Positions 12,317 through 23,590 of a stretch of 64,000 nucleotides of DNA are shown one piece after another; position 1 is the first letter of the stretch; each line of letters starts with the position of its first letter. Origin of the DNA: Octopus sinensis (Eukaryota); contig NC_043024.1 of NCBI RefSeq assembly GCF_006345805.1, positions 19,840,001-19,904,000 on the forward strand, given 5' to 3'. A program made the translations under genes and the position numbers. A model generated the notes under the pieces. That model searched no databases. It saw only the letters and a list, made by a program, of their open reading frames with translations, and was not told the origin of the DNA.

Positions 12317-14655
12317 GCAGATTGTATGTTTTGCTTTATCTATGTATTCTCATGCATATAGTTACATATCTAGACATGCTCATATATACTTAAATGATAA
12401 CATTCTGGGAAATTTTACGGATTTTTTACAGTTCCAGTGATGGATTAGATCTGTAGTTTTCAAATTAGGTTTCTCCTTTCTGGTTTTGAGAAACCTAACT
12501 TCTAAAGATTAGTATTTAGGCAGTGTGTTACAAATTCCATGGCCCTAATAATTACAGGTATACAGCTGAACTTGTAACCTGGATAGGATAACTGCAGATT
12601 TCTCAATAGTTCAACATAGGTGTTCTCTTTTCCACTGATCTTCAGCTTTATGTTAACATCCGCTGGGCAGCTAATTTCCACAACTGTACACAGTTTCTCT
12701 TCTCTATCCCAAATCATTACATCAGGTCTGTTGTGCTTGAATTTTATTTAGGTCTTCTCTGGGACATTCCACCAGTACTGCTTTTTATTATGAGTGGCTA
12801 TGGCTTCTATCATACTGTGGGTTCTTATCTCTCTGTCTTCAGATTTATCTTTCTGATGAACTTCATTACAGAGTGTCCTAGTAACAACGTCATGTCTCAT
12901 CTGTAGATAATACAGTGATGACATTTTTAGACAACTGCTTATGACGTGGATGGTATCTCTGGTGTTAACAACACAAAGTCTGCATCGGTCATAACATTTT
13001 ACTGCTTTTCCTGCATCTCTGTCCCTTTTGTGGATCAGGTACATGGTTGATATTTCCTGTTCCTTGATTGCAAATGCATGCCCTTGAAAGTGGGAGATAG
13101 TAATCCGGATATTGGTCCATGATAAACTCCTTTGCTGATTGATGTTACTATCATCTCAGAGCTTTCTTCTAACATATCCATGCATAATCTCTGCTTATAC
13201 AGGCTCATCCTTTCATCTGATGATACATTGTGGTAGAGTCGTGCAACTTCTTTGGTAATGTATTCTAGGCTATCAGACAAAGAGTGTTGCTCAAAGAGCT
13301 GCCTTCAAAGTCTTATGATGTTATCAGCCTCATATATGCAAACTTGGTCAAGGGATGCACTTTGACACTTGGTAGTTAAAAGATGTTGCCAAAGAGATAT
13401 GATAAGATATTCAAAGGCATTTTGGATTGATGTTAAGCCTCTGCTGCCTTGTTTTCATTTTAGGTAGAGGCAGTCTACGTCACTGTTTATGTGAATATTA
13501 TGTGTGCTTGTTAGTATTTTTCAGTTTTCACATCAATGGCTCGGATCTCATCAAGCGTTCAATCAAGCAGCCCAAATGTTGGTATAAGTACTGGCACTGC
13601 AAACAAACTGTGGGCCACTGTATTATTAAATGCAGAGAGTTCTGAGGTCTAAATGTTCTTTATTCGTCTGTAATACTCTTTAGTGACACGTGTTTTGTTA
13701 CAGGTGCCATTGTAAGATATGTTTTCATCCACCCCCTAGATACCTGTAACATTCCTCATCAGATACAGGGTAAACAGTCAAATCATTGATAGAGATGTTG
13801 CTAACCTGGTTTAATGTTTTACCCCTTTTCCCTACCATATAACAATATTTATCTTGACCAAACTCTAACCCTACATCCTTTGAGAATGTTGTAACAAGGA
13901 TGAAAGGTCTGTAACACTTGAGGGGTGCAGGTCTCATCCCTTACATTAAATTATTTGTCGAAGGAAAAGCCAAGACTTTGAATATCTTCAACAACATAAA
14001 TATTTTTATTTTTCTGGATTCGCAAATATATATATATATATATTTCCTTCAAGGTGAACCGGTAGCCATGGAGTTAGTCACTGTAGTTAAATGGTGTGAA
14101 CCAAATGCTGTCTCATTCCAGCATAGTGTAGCTTCGCCATGTGGTGGCTGCTTGGTAGAGCTGTGAGGATGTGTCCATTCAATTTGGCTGTCAGCTTCGA
14201 GAGAGACCAATACAGCGGGAAGTTTTGCTGCTGCTAGTTCTCTGCACATGCGCATGAGGGAACTTCCGGCAGGCTTCCCGGAAGAATCCAACTCTGCACA
14301 TGCGCACTGAAGACTTCCAAAATGGCGTCACTACAGCTCTTTTTTCATCTCATCCATATTTTTTACATAAAGTTTCAAGTCATCCACAAAGAAGCGGTGT
14401 GTAATTTTGGTATTTCTGTTTCCTTGTGAACCAATGAGATATCCTTCAGACTTCCTTAACATGAATGTCAAGGGGTTTACAGAAAGTATAAACAACATCA
14501 CAGAGAGGCTGTCCCCTTGGAATATGCCTTTGCAATGCTGTATTCTATCAGTGATAATACAGTCACTCTTTGTGTTTAATTTCAAGATGGTGGCCCACGA
14601 TGAAGTCAGGTCAGCTTTGGGTTTGATTATGCTTACTGGAACTTTAGCAAGTTGA
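12317..14655 (-). mobile_element. RLE-type non-LTR retrotransposon (R4/Dong-like), 5'-truncated and degraded
   Basis: RT motifs KGIFQGDSLS and FFVDDLKLY, then YRYLG, zinc knuckle CRLC...HVISSC, RHD motif, and endonuclease HNRPDVMIWD...VVEISCP; multiple stops and frameshifts. Confidence 0.9.
13910..14335 (-). mobile_element. Solo LTR (426 bp) inserted in the LINE RT domain
   Basis: - strand termini TGTAGTGAC...GTGTTACA; 4-bp TSD GGTC/GCTC (1 mismatch); AATAAA (plus-strand TTTATT 14005-14010); splits the RT between EMKKEL and LVTTFSKDVG. Confidence 0.8.
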
Positions 14656-14659
14656 AAGC

Positions 14660-15388
14660 ACAACTGGAACAACATGAAATAAAGTGTCTTGTTCAAGAAC
14701 ACAACACAGAATTTGGTCTGGGAATTGAACTCACTATCTCATGATTGTCAGCCTCAAGCTCTAACCATTGAGCCATGTGCCTTTACTGGAGCAGCGTGAA
14801 ATAAAGCGCCTTAAACACAACATGCAGCCCAGTGTGGGAATTGAAACTCAGTACCATGATTGGGAGCCTGGCACTTTAACCACTGAGCCATGCACCTTCA
14901 CTGGAGCAATGTCAAATAAAGTGCCTTGTTCAAGAGCACAACACATAGCCCAGTCCAGGAATCAAACTCTCTACCTCATGATTGTGAGACCAACTCTCTA
15001 ACCACTGAGCCATGCGCCTTCACTGGAGCAATATCAAATAAAGTGCCTTGCTCAAGAGTACAACACATAGCCGGGTCCAGAAATCAAACTCACTACCTCA
15101 TGATTGTGAGACCAACTCTCTAACCACTGAGCCATGCACCTTCACTGGAGCAATATCAAATAAAGTGCCTTGCTCAAGAGTACAACCCAAGCCCGGTCCA
15201 GGAATTGAACTCACTACCTCATGATTGTGAGACCAACTCCCTAACCACTGAGCCATGCACCTTCACTGGAGCAATGTCAAATAAAGAGCCTTGCTCAAGA
15301 GCACAACACATAGCCCAGTCCAGGAATCAAACTCACTACCTCATGATTGTGAGACCAACTCTCTAACCACTGAGCTACACAACTTCAC
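14660..15388 (-). repeat. Six tandem ~120-bp copies of a SINE family C tRNA-like head
   Basis: Units ACTGG.GCA...CTCAAGA.CACAAC...GGAAT..AACTC...CTAACCACTGAGCCATGC.CCTTC; the reverse strand carries A-box (TGGCTCAGTGG) and B-box-like motifs in each copy. Confidence 0.88.
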
Positions 15389-17082
15389 CAGTTAAGTACT
15401 GAGGGATGAGTTGATTGACTGTAACCCATCTCCTTACAAATGTCTGGCTTTGTAGTTACATTATGTAGAATCAATATATATTAATAACGAAAATACTTTA
15501 AAGATTCCTCTCTCTTTGAATATCGGTCCAAATTCCATACATAATATAACACACTTGAGCGATCATTCTTTAATGAAGAATCCATCTCCGTTTCCATCAT
15601 TCTTCATCAAAATCACTTACTTCATGAATGACTTGTCATATAGAAACGGTTTGGCACCGTGTGATGTTTTGTTATTCAAACACAAAACATTCTCACCATT
15701 GAAATCAAGATAATATTCTGCAAGACTCTGCTAATTCTATTGTATGAAGAAAAACCAGAAAATTAATATTTTCTCGTACGCACATTGTGTGTGTTCTGTG
15801 CTGTGATTGGCTGGGTGCGAGTTGTGTTGTTGGGTGTTAGTTTGGGTATGTTGTGTAGGGTGCGGTACCACAATCAGGGCAAGATGTATTCTTTTCCACT
15901 TTTATTGGGTATGGGTTTCATTCATTGGAATGTGGCCATGCTGGAGCATTGCCTTAACCAGTTTTAATCAATTCTATTGACCTTGCTTCCCCACCACCAA
16001 GCACAAGTATTTTCTCTGGCTTATATCAAAATATTATTATTATTATTACTATTGAGGACATGTAGTGGTTAAGTGTGTATGTAAACAAATACATAAACAG
16101 ATTTATGGTTGAAAAGTATTTATTTACAGTGTTAGTTTAGTGATTGGTCACTACATACAAAATGCAGGCAACTGCGACGAGTTGCTTGAATAGAGTACAT
16201 ATTAGAAATGAATATGTTTGTGTGTGTGTGCATGTGTGTTTCATTCGAAACAGTAGTCAATCAGCACTTTTAGCATTTCCCTCTGTCTCTGTCATCTGCC
16301 AAAAGCTTGGGTCGTAGATAGATCTATCTCATCTGTGCTCCCGTCTCTGCTGAGATTGTCTGCCTCTCTGTTTCACCCTTGTATTTATAATATTTGTGAC
16401 AGCTAGAAAGACAGACATACTGCAGCAGAGTTACTACCTAAGTAGGTCACAACTTGTCCAGTTGAACTTTGCCTGACATGGCTGAGGTCACAGGTCAAAG
16501 GGAGATGATCAATCACTTTTTGACGGGACAAAGCAAATCTTCTTTTCACGCCTGTTGGTTGTCGTGGTTTGGGCGACCGAGGATTCTTGGATTCGGTTTC
16601 GAATCTAGGCTTAGAGAAGGAAGTGCCAATTCTTACAGACAGAAAAGAAAAGGAAATCAAAATCTGAACTGAACTGGGTGTAAAGAGACATACCCAAGAT
16701 AGACGGAAATAGCACAGGGTATCTTTTTGTCTCTCACTGATAACAGATGTGTGTGTGTGTGTACATATATGCCCTCACCATTGTTGTCGTCGGCATCATA
16801 ACATTCGCTTCCCCATGCTCTCATGGGTTGGAGGGATTTGTTTTCTAGAGGCTGATCTTCTACAGTTGGACGTCTTTCCTGTCATCAACCCTTGCCCGTT
16901 AGCAAGTAAAGTAGCATTTCCCCCTGGCTAAATAGCTTCCATGGAAAAACTGGAAATTAAGATCACCGCAGTATGAGGGTGACACTCTTTTACAGCTGTC
17001 ACAGAATATCAAGACTAGGAAATATTGACTCACAAGAAGCCTATCGTGTGTGTGTGTGTGTGTTTCTGTCTCCAGAGAGGAC

Positions 17083-17266
17083 AAACAAGGACAGACAAAC
17101 GGATTAAGTCGATTCTATCGACCCCAGTGCATAACTGATACTTATTTAATCGACCCCGAAAGGATGAAAGACAAAGTCAACCTCGGCAGAATTTGAACTC
17201 AGAACATAGCGGCAGACAAAATACCTCTAAGAATTTTGCCCGATGTGCTAACGTTTCTGCCAGCTC
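17083..17266 (-). mobile_element. SINE family A, single copy
   Basis: Matches other family A copies including the tRNA-like head. Confidence 0.85.
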
Positions 17267-17271
17267 CAGTT

Positions 17272-17925
17272 CTATACCCAAAACCGAACTGAGAACTGCT
17301 CTCTGATTGGTACAATCTAACCAATGAAAAAACAGTAAAAGACAGAAAAAATTCAGTTAGGTATTTTATGAGTAGACTGTTCCATTGATGAGACCATCTG
17401 GAATCCTTGATATCTTAACCAATGGAATGCCAGTACTATACCCAAAGCTCAACTGAAAAGTACTGCTCTCTGATTGGTGCAATTTAACCAATGAAAAAAT
17501 GGCAAAAGACAGGTAAGAGTTCATCCTCATCATCATCATCATCGTTTAGCGATCGCTTTCCATGGGTTGGATGGTTCAACTGGGGTCTGGGAAGCCATGG
17601 AGGCTGCACCAGGCCCAGTCTGAACTGGCAGAGTTTCTACAGCTGGATGCCCTTCCTAATGCCAACCACTCTGTGAGTATAGTGGGTGCTTTTTACGTGC
17701 CACCAGCACAGGTGCCAGGCGAGGCTGGCAACGACCACGATCGGTTCAGTTAGGTATTTTATGAGCAGACTGTTCCATTGATGAGACCATCTGGAACCTT
17801 TGACATCATAACCAATGAAATGCCAGCACTATACCCAAAGCCCAACTGAGAAATACTGCTCTCTGATTGGTCCAATTTAACCAATGAAAAAATGGTAAAT
17901 AACAAGAAAGAATTCAGTTAGGTAT
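17272..17925. repeat. ~164-bp tandem repeat (about 2.6 copies), CCAAT-rich, interrupted by an RTE-tail element
   Basis: CTATACCCAAA anchors at 17272, 17436, 17829; shared CTGCTCTCTGATTGGT.CAAT.TAACCAATGAAAAAA; insertion at about 17520-17745. Confidence 0.85.
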
Positions 17926-18169
17926 TTGGTAGTACCTGTATATCACAAATCAAGATATTCGTAGTTCTGGAAGATTAAAATCAATGATAAATCTTAATCT
18001 TTGAGCAAAACCATAAGGATGCTGACAAGCACAGCAAACCTTTGATATTTGAAACCAGATAATCGGATTAGCAGAGTTCTCTGGAATTTGCTTCTAAGCT
18101 GTAATGTTTGGATTGTAAGTGGGACTTTAACTGTGGCACAACATTAACTAATCTCTCTGCAAGTTTGCG

Positions 18170-18203
18170 AGTACATGTATGTGTGTTTCCATATATATAT
18201 ATA

Positions 18204-18258
<55 letters not shown>

Positions 18259-18316
18259 TATATATACATATACATACATATATATATGTATGTATGTATA
18301 TACATATATATATATG

Positions 18317-18375
<59 letters not shown>

Positions 18376-18500
18376 TTATATATATATTTATAGAGAGAGA
18401 AAGAGAGATAGACATATACTCATATATATACATATTACATACATTATATATACATATATATATACACACACACATATATGTATATATATATATATATATT
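18170..18500. repeat. (TA)n compound microsatellite
   Basis: Directly visible. Confidence 0.95.
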
Positions 18501-18929
18501 GCTGAAGTGCTCAACAATTCTATGATCAGAATAAGGTAGGAGTGACTGCGATGCTTATATTGATGGTAATGGTGACTGTGGTGGTGGTGGTGATGGTAGT
18601 AGTGACAGAGGGGGTGGTGATTGAGATGCAAATGGTAGTGGTGATGGTGGTGATTTTGGTGCTAGTGGTGGGGCGGGGGAGATATTGGTGACATGGGAAT
18701 CATCAATAATGGCAGTGGGGGTGGGGTGAAATTTATTGAGGCAGATGGGTAAGATTGTTGATAGTGATGATGGTGGTGGTGGTGGTGGTGAGTGGTTGTC
18801 ATGAAAAATTAGATTACAACGATGATTATGATGATGATGATGGTTGCGGTAGTGATGGTGATGGTGGTGTTTGTTAGCTGTATTGACCAGCGTAATTATG
18901 ACAATAGTAGCAACAGTGGTAGTGGTGGC

Positions 18930-19870
18930 ACAGCAGGGGCAGTAGTGGTACTGCAGTGGCAATGGTAGTGCTGCAGTGGTGGTGCAGCAGTGGTAGTGGT
19001 GGTGCTGCAGTGGTAGTGGTAGTGCTGCAGTGGCAGTGGTAGTGCAGTAATGGTAGTGGTAGTGCAGCAGTGGGAGTGGTAGTGCAGCAGTGGGAGTGGT
19101 AGTGGTAGTGCAGCAGTCGCAGTGGTAGTGCAGCAGTGGGAGTGGTAGTGCAGCAGTGGGAGTGGTAGTGGTAGTGCAGCAGTCGCAGTGGTAGTGCAGC
19201 AGTGGGAGTGGTAGTGCAGCAGTGGGAGTGGTAGTGCAGCAGTCGCAGTGGTAGTACAGCAGTGGGAGTGGTAGTGCAGCAGTGGGAGTGGTAGTGGTAG
19301 TGCAGCAGTGGGAGTGGTAGTGGTAGTGCAGCAGTCGCAGTGTAGTAGTGCAGCAGGGGGAGTGTAGTGCAGCAGTGGGAGTGGTAGTGGTAGTGCAGCA
19401 GTTGCAGTGGTAGTGCAGCAGTGGGAGTGGTAGTGCAGCAGTGGGAGTGGTAGTGGTAGTGCAGCAGTCGCAGTGGTAGTGCAGCAGTGGGAGTGGTAGT
19501 GCAGCAGTGGGAGTGGTAGTGGTAGTGCAGCAGTCGCAGTGGTAGTGCAGCAGTGGAGTGGTAGTGCAGCAGTGGGAGTGGTAGTGGTAGTGCAGCAGTT
19601 GCAGTGGTAGTGCAGCAGGGGGTGGTAGTGGTAGTGCAGCAGTCGCAGCAGGGTAGTGCAGCAGTGGAGTGGTGGTAGTGCAGCAGTGGGAGTGGTAGTG
19701 GTAGTGCAGCAGTCGCAGTGGTAGTGCAGCAGTGGGAGTGGTAGTGCAGCAGTGGGAGTGGTAGTGGTAGTGCAGCAGTCGCAGTGGTAGTGCAGCAGTG
19801 GGAGTGGTAGTGCAGCAGTGGGAGTGGTAGTGGTAGTGCAGCAGTCGCAGTGGTAGTGCAGCAGTGGCAG
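18930..19870. repeat. Minisatellite of 20-mers arranged in a 66-bp higher-order unit
   Basis: GTAGTGCAGCAGTGGGAGTG and GTAGTGCAGCAGTCGCAGTG plus a GTAGTG spacer repeat in a 20+20+6+20 pattern. Confidence 0.9.
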
Positions 19871-20010
19871 TAGTGGTGGTGATGACAGGGATAGTAATTT
19901 TTGGCTGCAATGGACAATGAGATTATTATTATTATGATGATGTTGATGATGATGATGATGGTAGTGATGGTGGCAGGGATGAAAGACGGCTGTAATGAAC
20001 CAGATTATGA

Positions 20011-20045
<35 letters not shown>

Positions 20046-20456
20046 TTGGTGGTGGTGGTGGTGGTGGTGGTGACAGGTGCCTGCACTGACTGCCACATCC
20101 AATACCTATTATACCCAATATAGTTGGTGGGAGCAGTAGATAATGTCACCGACCGTGATATCATTAATGACCTTTGACCACTTCTTCAAGACAGATGTCA
20201 AGACTAATTATCATCAAATGCTTCGAAATTATCTACTGAACTATGGAGACGAGTGGTATTACATTTCTTCTTAAGACAGCTGCAAACGAAGGCAAATATT
20301 TGGTTGTTTCTAGCAGTTTCTTTGACCATGTTGTGGTGTACTTTTCAAACATTTACAATTTTGGGCCCCTTTCTTTTATTAATATCTTTCTTAATGCCCC
20401 ACCCCTAACTACAATTCAGGCAAAATTAGATATACCATATGTGCATAGGTATATAT

Positions 20457-21407
20457 ACTCTTTTACTTGTTTCAGTCAGTTGACTGCGGCCATGCTGGAG
20501 CACCATCATTAGTCGAGCAAATCGACCCCGGGACTTACTCTTTGCAAGCCCAGTACTTATTCTATCGGTCTCTTTTGCCGAACCGCTAAGTGACGGGGAC
20601 ATAAACACACCGGCATCGGTTGTCAAGCAATGCTAGGGGGACAAACACAGACACACAAACACATACACACACATATATATATACATATATACGATGGGCT
20701 TCTTTCAGTTTCCCTCTACCAAATCCACTCACAAGGCTTTGGTCGGCCCAAGGCTATAGTAGAAGACACTTGCCCAAGGTGCCACGCAGTGGGACTGAAC
20801 CCAGAACCATGTGGTTGGTAAGCAAGCTATTTACCACACAGCCACTCCTACGCCTATATATATATATACATATATACGACGGGCTTCTTTAGTTTTCGTC
20901 TACCAAATCTACTCACAAGGCTTTGGTCAGTCCGAGGCTATAGTAGAAGACACTTGCCCAAGGTTCCACACAGTAGGACTGAACCCAGAACCATGTGGTT
21001 GGTAAGCAAGCTACTTACCACACAGCCTCTCCTACGCCTATATATATATATACATATATACGACGGGCTTCTTTCAGTTTCCGTCTACCAAATCTACTCA
21101 CAAGGCTTTGGTCAGTCCGAGGCTATAGTAGAAGACACTTGCCCAAGGTTCCACACAGTGGGACTGAACCCTGAACCATGTGGTTGGTAAGCAAGCTACT
21201 TACCACACAGCCACTCCTACGCCTATATATATATATACATATATACGACGGGCTTCTTTCAGTTTCTGTCTACCAAATCTACTCACAAGGCTTTGGTCAG
21301 TCTGAGGCTATGGTAGAAGACACTTGCCCAAGGTTCCACACAGTAGGACTGAACCCAGAACCATGTGGTTGGTAAGCAAGCTACTTACCACACAGCCACT
21401 CCTGCGC
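20457..21407 (-). mobile_element. SINE family B, full copy plus three extra ~184-bp head duplications
   Basis: ACGACGGGC anchors at 20876, 21060, 21245; each unit holds the tRNA-like head and CORE-like CCTTGGGCAAGTGTCTTCT. Confidence 0.9.
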
Positions 21408-21649
21408 TATATATATATATATATATGCATACATCAGTCAGAATGTCAAAATAATGCTACAGGTGCAGTGGTAGCCTTTATTGCATGTATGGAAACCTTT
21501 TCATCAGGAAGGAAAGTAATGCCCTTGTCCCTTTACAGTGTTTAGGAGAAATGTGGAACCGAGGGAGGGAAATATCCTCAAACTCAAAATTTGGCATTAA
21601 TGCTTGCAGCAGAGTGACCTAACCCTTTTGTTACCATATTTCTGTCTTT

Positions 21650-22160
21650 CATCATCATCATTATCATTTAACGTCCGCTTTCCATGCTAGCATGGGTTGG
21701 ACGATTTGACTGAGGACTGGCAAACCAGATGGCTGCACCAGGCTCCAATCTTGATCTGGCAGAGTTTCTACAGCTGGATGCCCTTCCTAACGCCAACCAC
21801 TCCGAGAGTGTAGTAGGTGCTTTTACGTGCCACTGGCACGAAGGCTAGTCTGATGGTACTGGCAATGGCCACACTCGAAATGATGTTTTTTTATGTGCCA
21901 CCTGCACAGGAGTCAATCCAGCAGCACTGGCAACGACCTAGCTCGAATGTTTTGTTCACGTGCCATTGGCACAAGTGCCAGTAGGGTGACGCTGGTAACA
22001 ATCATGCTCAAATGGTGCTTTTTACGTGCCACCGGCATGGAAGCCAGACAGGTTCTCTGGCAGTGATCCCACTCGGTTGGAGCTTTTAGTGCTCCACTGG
22101 CACGGGTGCCAGTCATCAAATTCGGTCCAATTTCGATTTCACTTGCCCCAACAGGTCTTT
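21650..22160 (-). mobile_element. RTE 3'-tail element
   Basis: (ATC)n then TTTAACGTCCGCTTTCCATGCTAGCATGGGTTGGACG...; reverse complement of the LINE 3' UTR. Confidence 0.85.
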
Positions 22161-22164
22161 GTTT

Positions 22165-22370
22165 AATTTTTAAAATAATGAAGTCTTTAGTAAAATAACA
22201 TCATTATTTAGTTGGGGTCTGGAATAAATTAACATGAAATTTGGATGGCAGATTTTAATTCAGACTACTTGTAGGGCCTCTCTATGTCATAGAACCTGGA
22301 TCGATCTCAGGTGGGTTGGTATATGTAGTATGAGGGTAACGTAATGTGAGGAACAGAATACAGTTCTCTT
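22165..22370 (-). mobile_element. Degenerate MITE related to 55904-56124
   Basis: Reverse complement shares TTAAAATCT.CCA.C.AAA, GTTATTTTACTAAA and ACCAACCC blocks with the piggyBac-type MITE; termini eroded. Confidence 0.5.
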
Positions 22371-22559
22371 ACATCTCAGTTTTGGCTGTCCAGCTGTGTT
22401 CAATCCAGATGTGCCCTACCCATCTCACCCATCACTAGTAGCTACTGCTAAAACCCCGTCTCACTCATGCGTCCACATGTGTCTGTTCACCACAACTGCC
22501 TCAGTGCCAAAAAGGGCCATGCTGATCCTACTTCCCTTACGTTGTTGCTCCCTCTTCCA

Positions 22560-23590
22560 GTGGGGCCTCTTATCCATTACTGCCCTTTCCTTCCTGTTTG
22601 CTTCATCCCCGCAGTATCAAAAGAGCTTCCTTCGCTCCCCATGGAAAGTAGATCATCAAAAACCTTTCCCCACCGTTCTCGGCTTTCTACCGTTTTCTCT
22701 GCTTCTTTCTCTTTGGATTCCCGTTTTTACAGCTCTACCTCCGTTTCCTATCTTCAGCTATTTTTTAGGGCTTTCTCACTTTTCTCCCTCCTTTGTAGGT
22801 TCCAGGTCAGGGCCTGTGTAATCTTCAGCAATTTTTAGGGCTTTCTCACTTTTCCCCCTCCTTCATAGGTTCCAGGTCAAGGCCTGTGTAATCTTCAGCA
22901 ATTTTTAGGGCTTTCTCACTTTTCCCCCTCCTTCATAGGTTCCAGGTCAGGGCCTGTGTAATCTTCAGCTATTTTTAGGGCTTTCTCACTTTTCCCCCTC
23001 CTTCATAGGTTCCAGGTCAGGGCCTGTGTAATTTTCAGCAACTTTTAGGGCTTTCTCACTTTTCCCCCTCCTTCATAGGTTCCAGGTCAGGGCCTGTGTA
23101 ATCTTCAGCAATTTTTAGGGCTTTCTCACTTTTCCCCCTCCTTCATAGGTTCCAGGTCAGGGCCTGTGTAATCTTCAGCAATTTTTAGGGCTTTCTCACT
23201 TTTCCCCCTCCTTCATAGGTTCCAGGTCAGGGCCTGTGTAATCTTCAGCTATTTTTAGGACTTTCTCACTTTTCCCCCTCCTTTGTAGGTTCCAGGTCAG
23301 GGCCTGTTGTGTAATCTTCAGCTATTTTTAGGACTTTCTCACTTTTCCCCCTCCTTTGTAGGTTCCAGGTCAGGGCCTGTTGTGTAATCTTCAGCTATTT
23401 TTAGGGCTTTCTCACTTTCCCCCTCCTTTGTAGGTTCCAGGTCAGGGCCTGTGTAATCTTCAGCAATTTTTAGGGCTTTCTCACTTTTCCCCCTCCCTTC
23501 TAGGTTCCAGGTCAGGGCCTGATGTGTAATCCATGATGTTGGTTTCCTCAATATGTGGCTTATCCATCTATACAGAATTTGCTGCCCCAC
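22560..23590 (-). mobile_element. RTE-clade LINE C-terminal fragment with internal 70-bp VNTR
   Basis: RWISHILRKPTSWITHQALTWNLEG on one side of the array, SRERWGKVFDDLLSMGSEG on the other. Confidence 0.8.
22749..23520. repeat. 70-bp minisatellite, about 11 copies
   Basis: TCCAGGTCA anchors at 22801, 22871, 22941, 23011, 23081, 23151, 23221, 23291, 23364, 23436, 23506. Confidence 0.97.

Noticed and set aside
5657-21407. Shared ~184-bp period of family A and family B arrays as a nucleosome-length effect
   Set aside because: Each period is explained by element-specific junctions; two cases are not enough, and the third array has a ~120-bp period.
22749-23520. CRISPR-like array
   Set aside because: Contiguous units without unique spacers, eukaryotic context, derived from LINE sequence.
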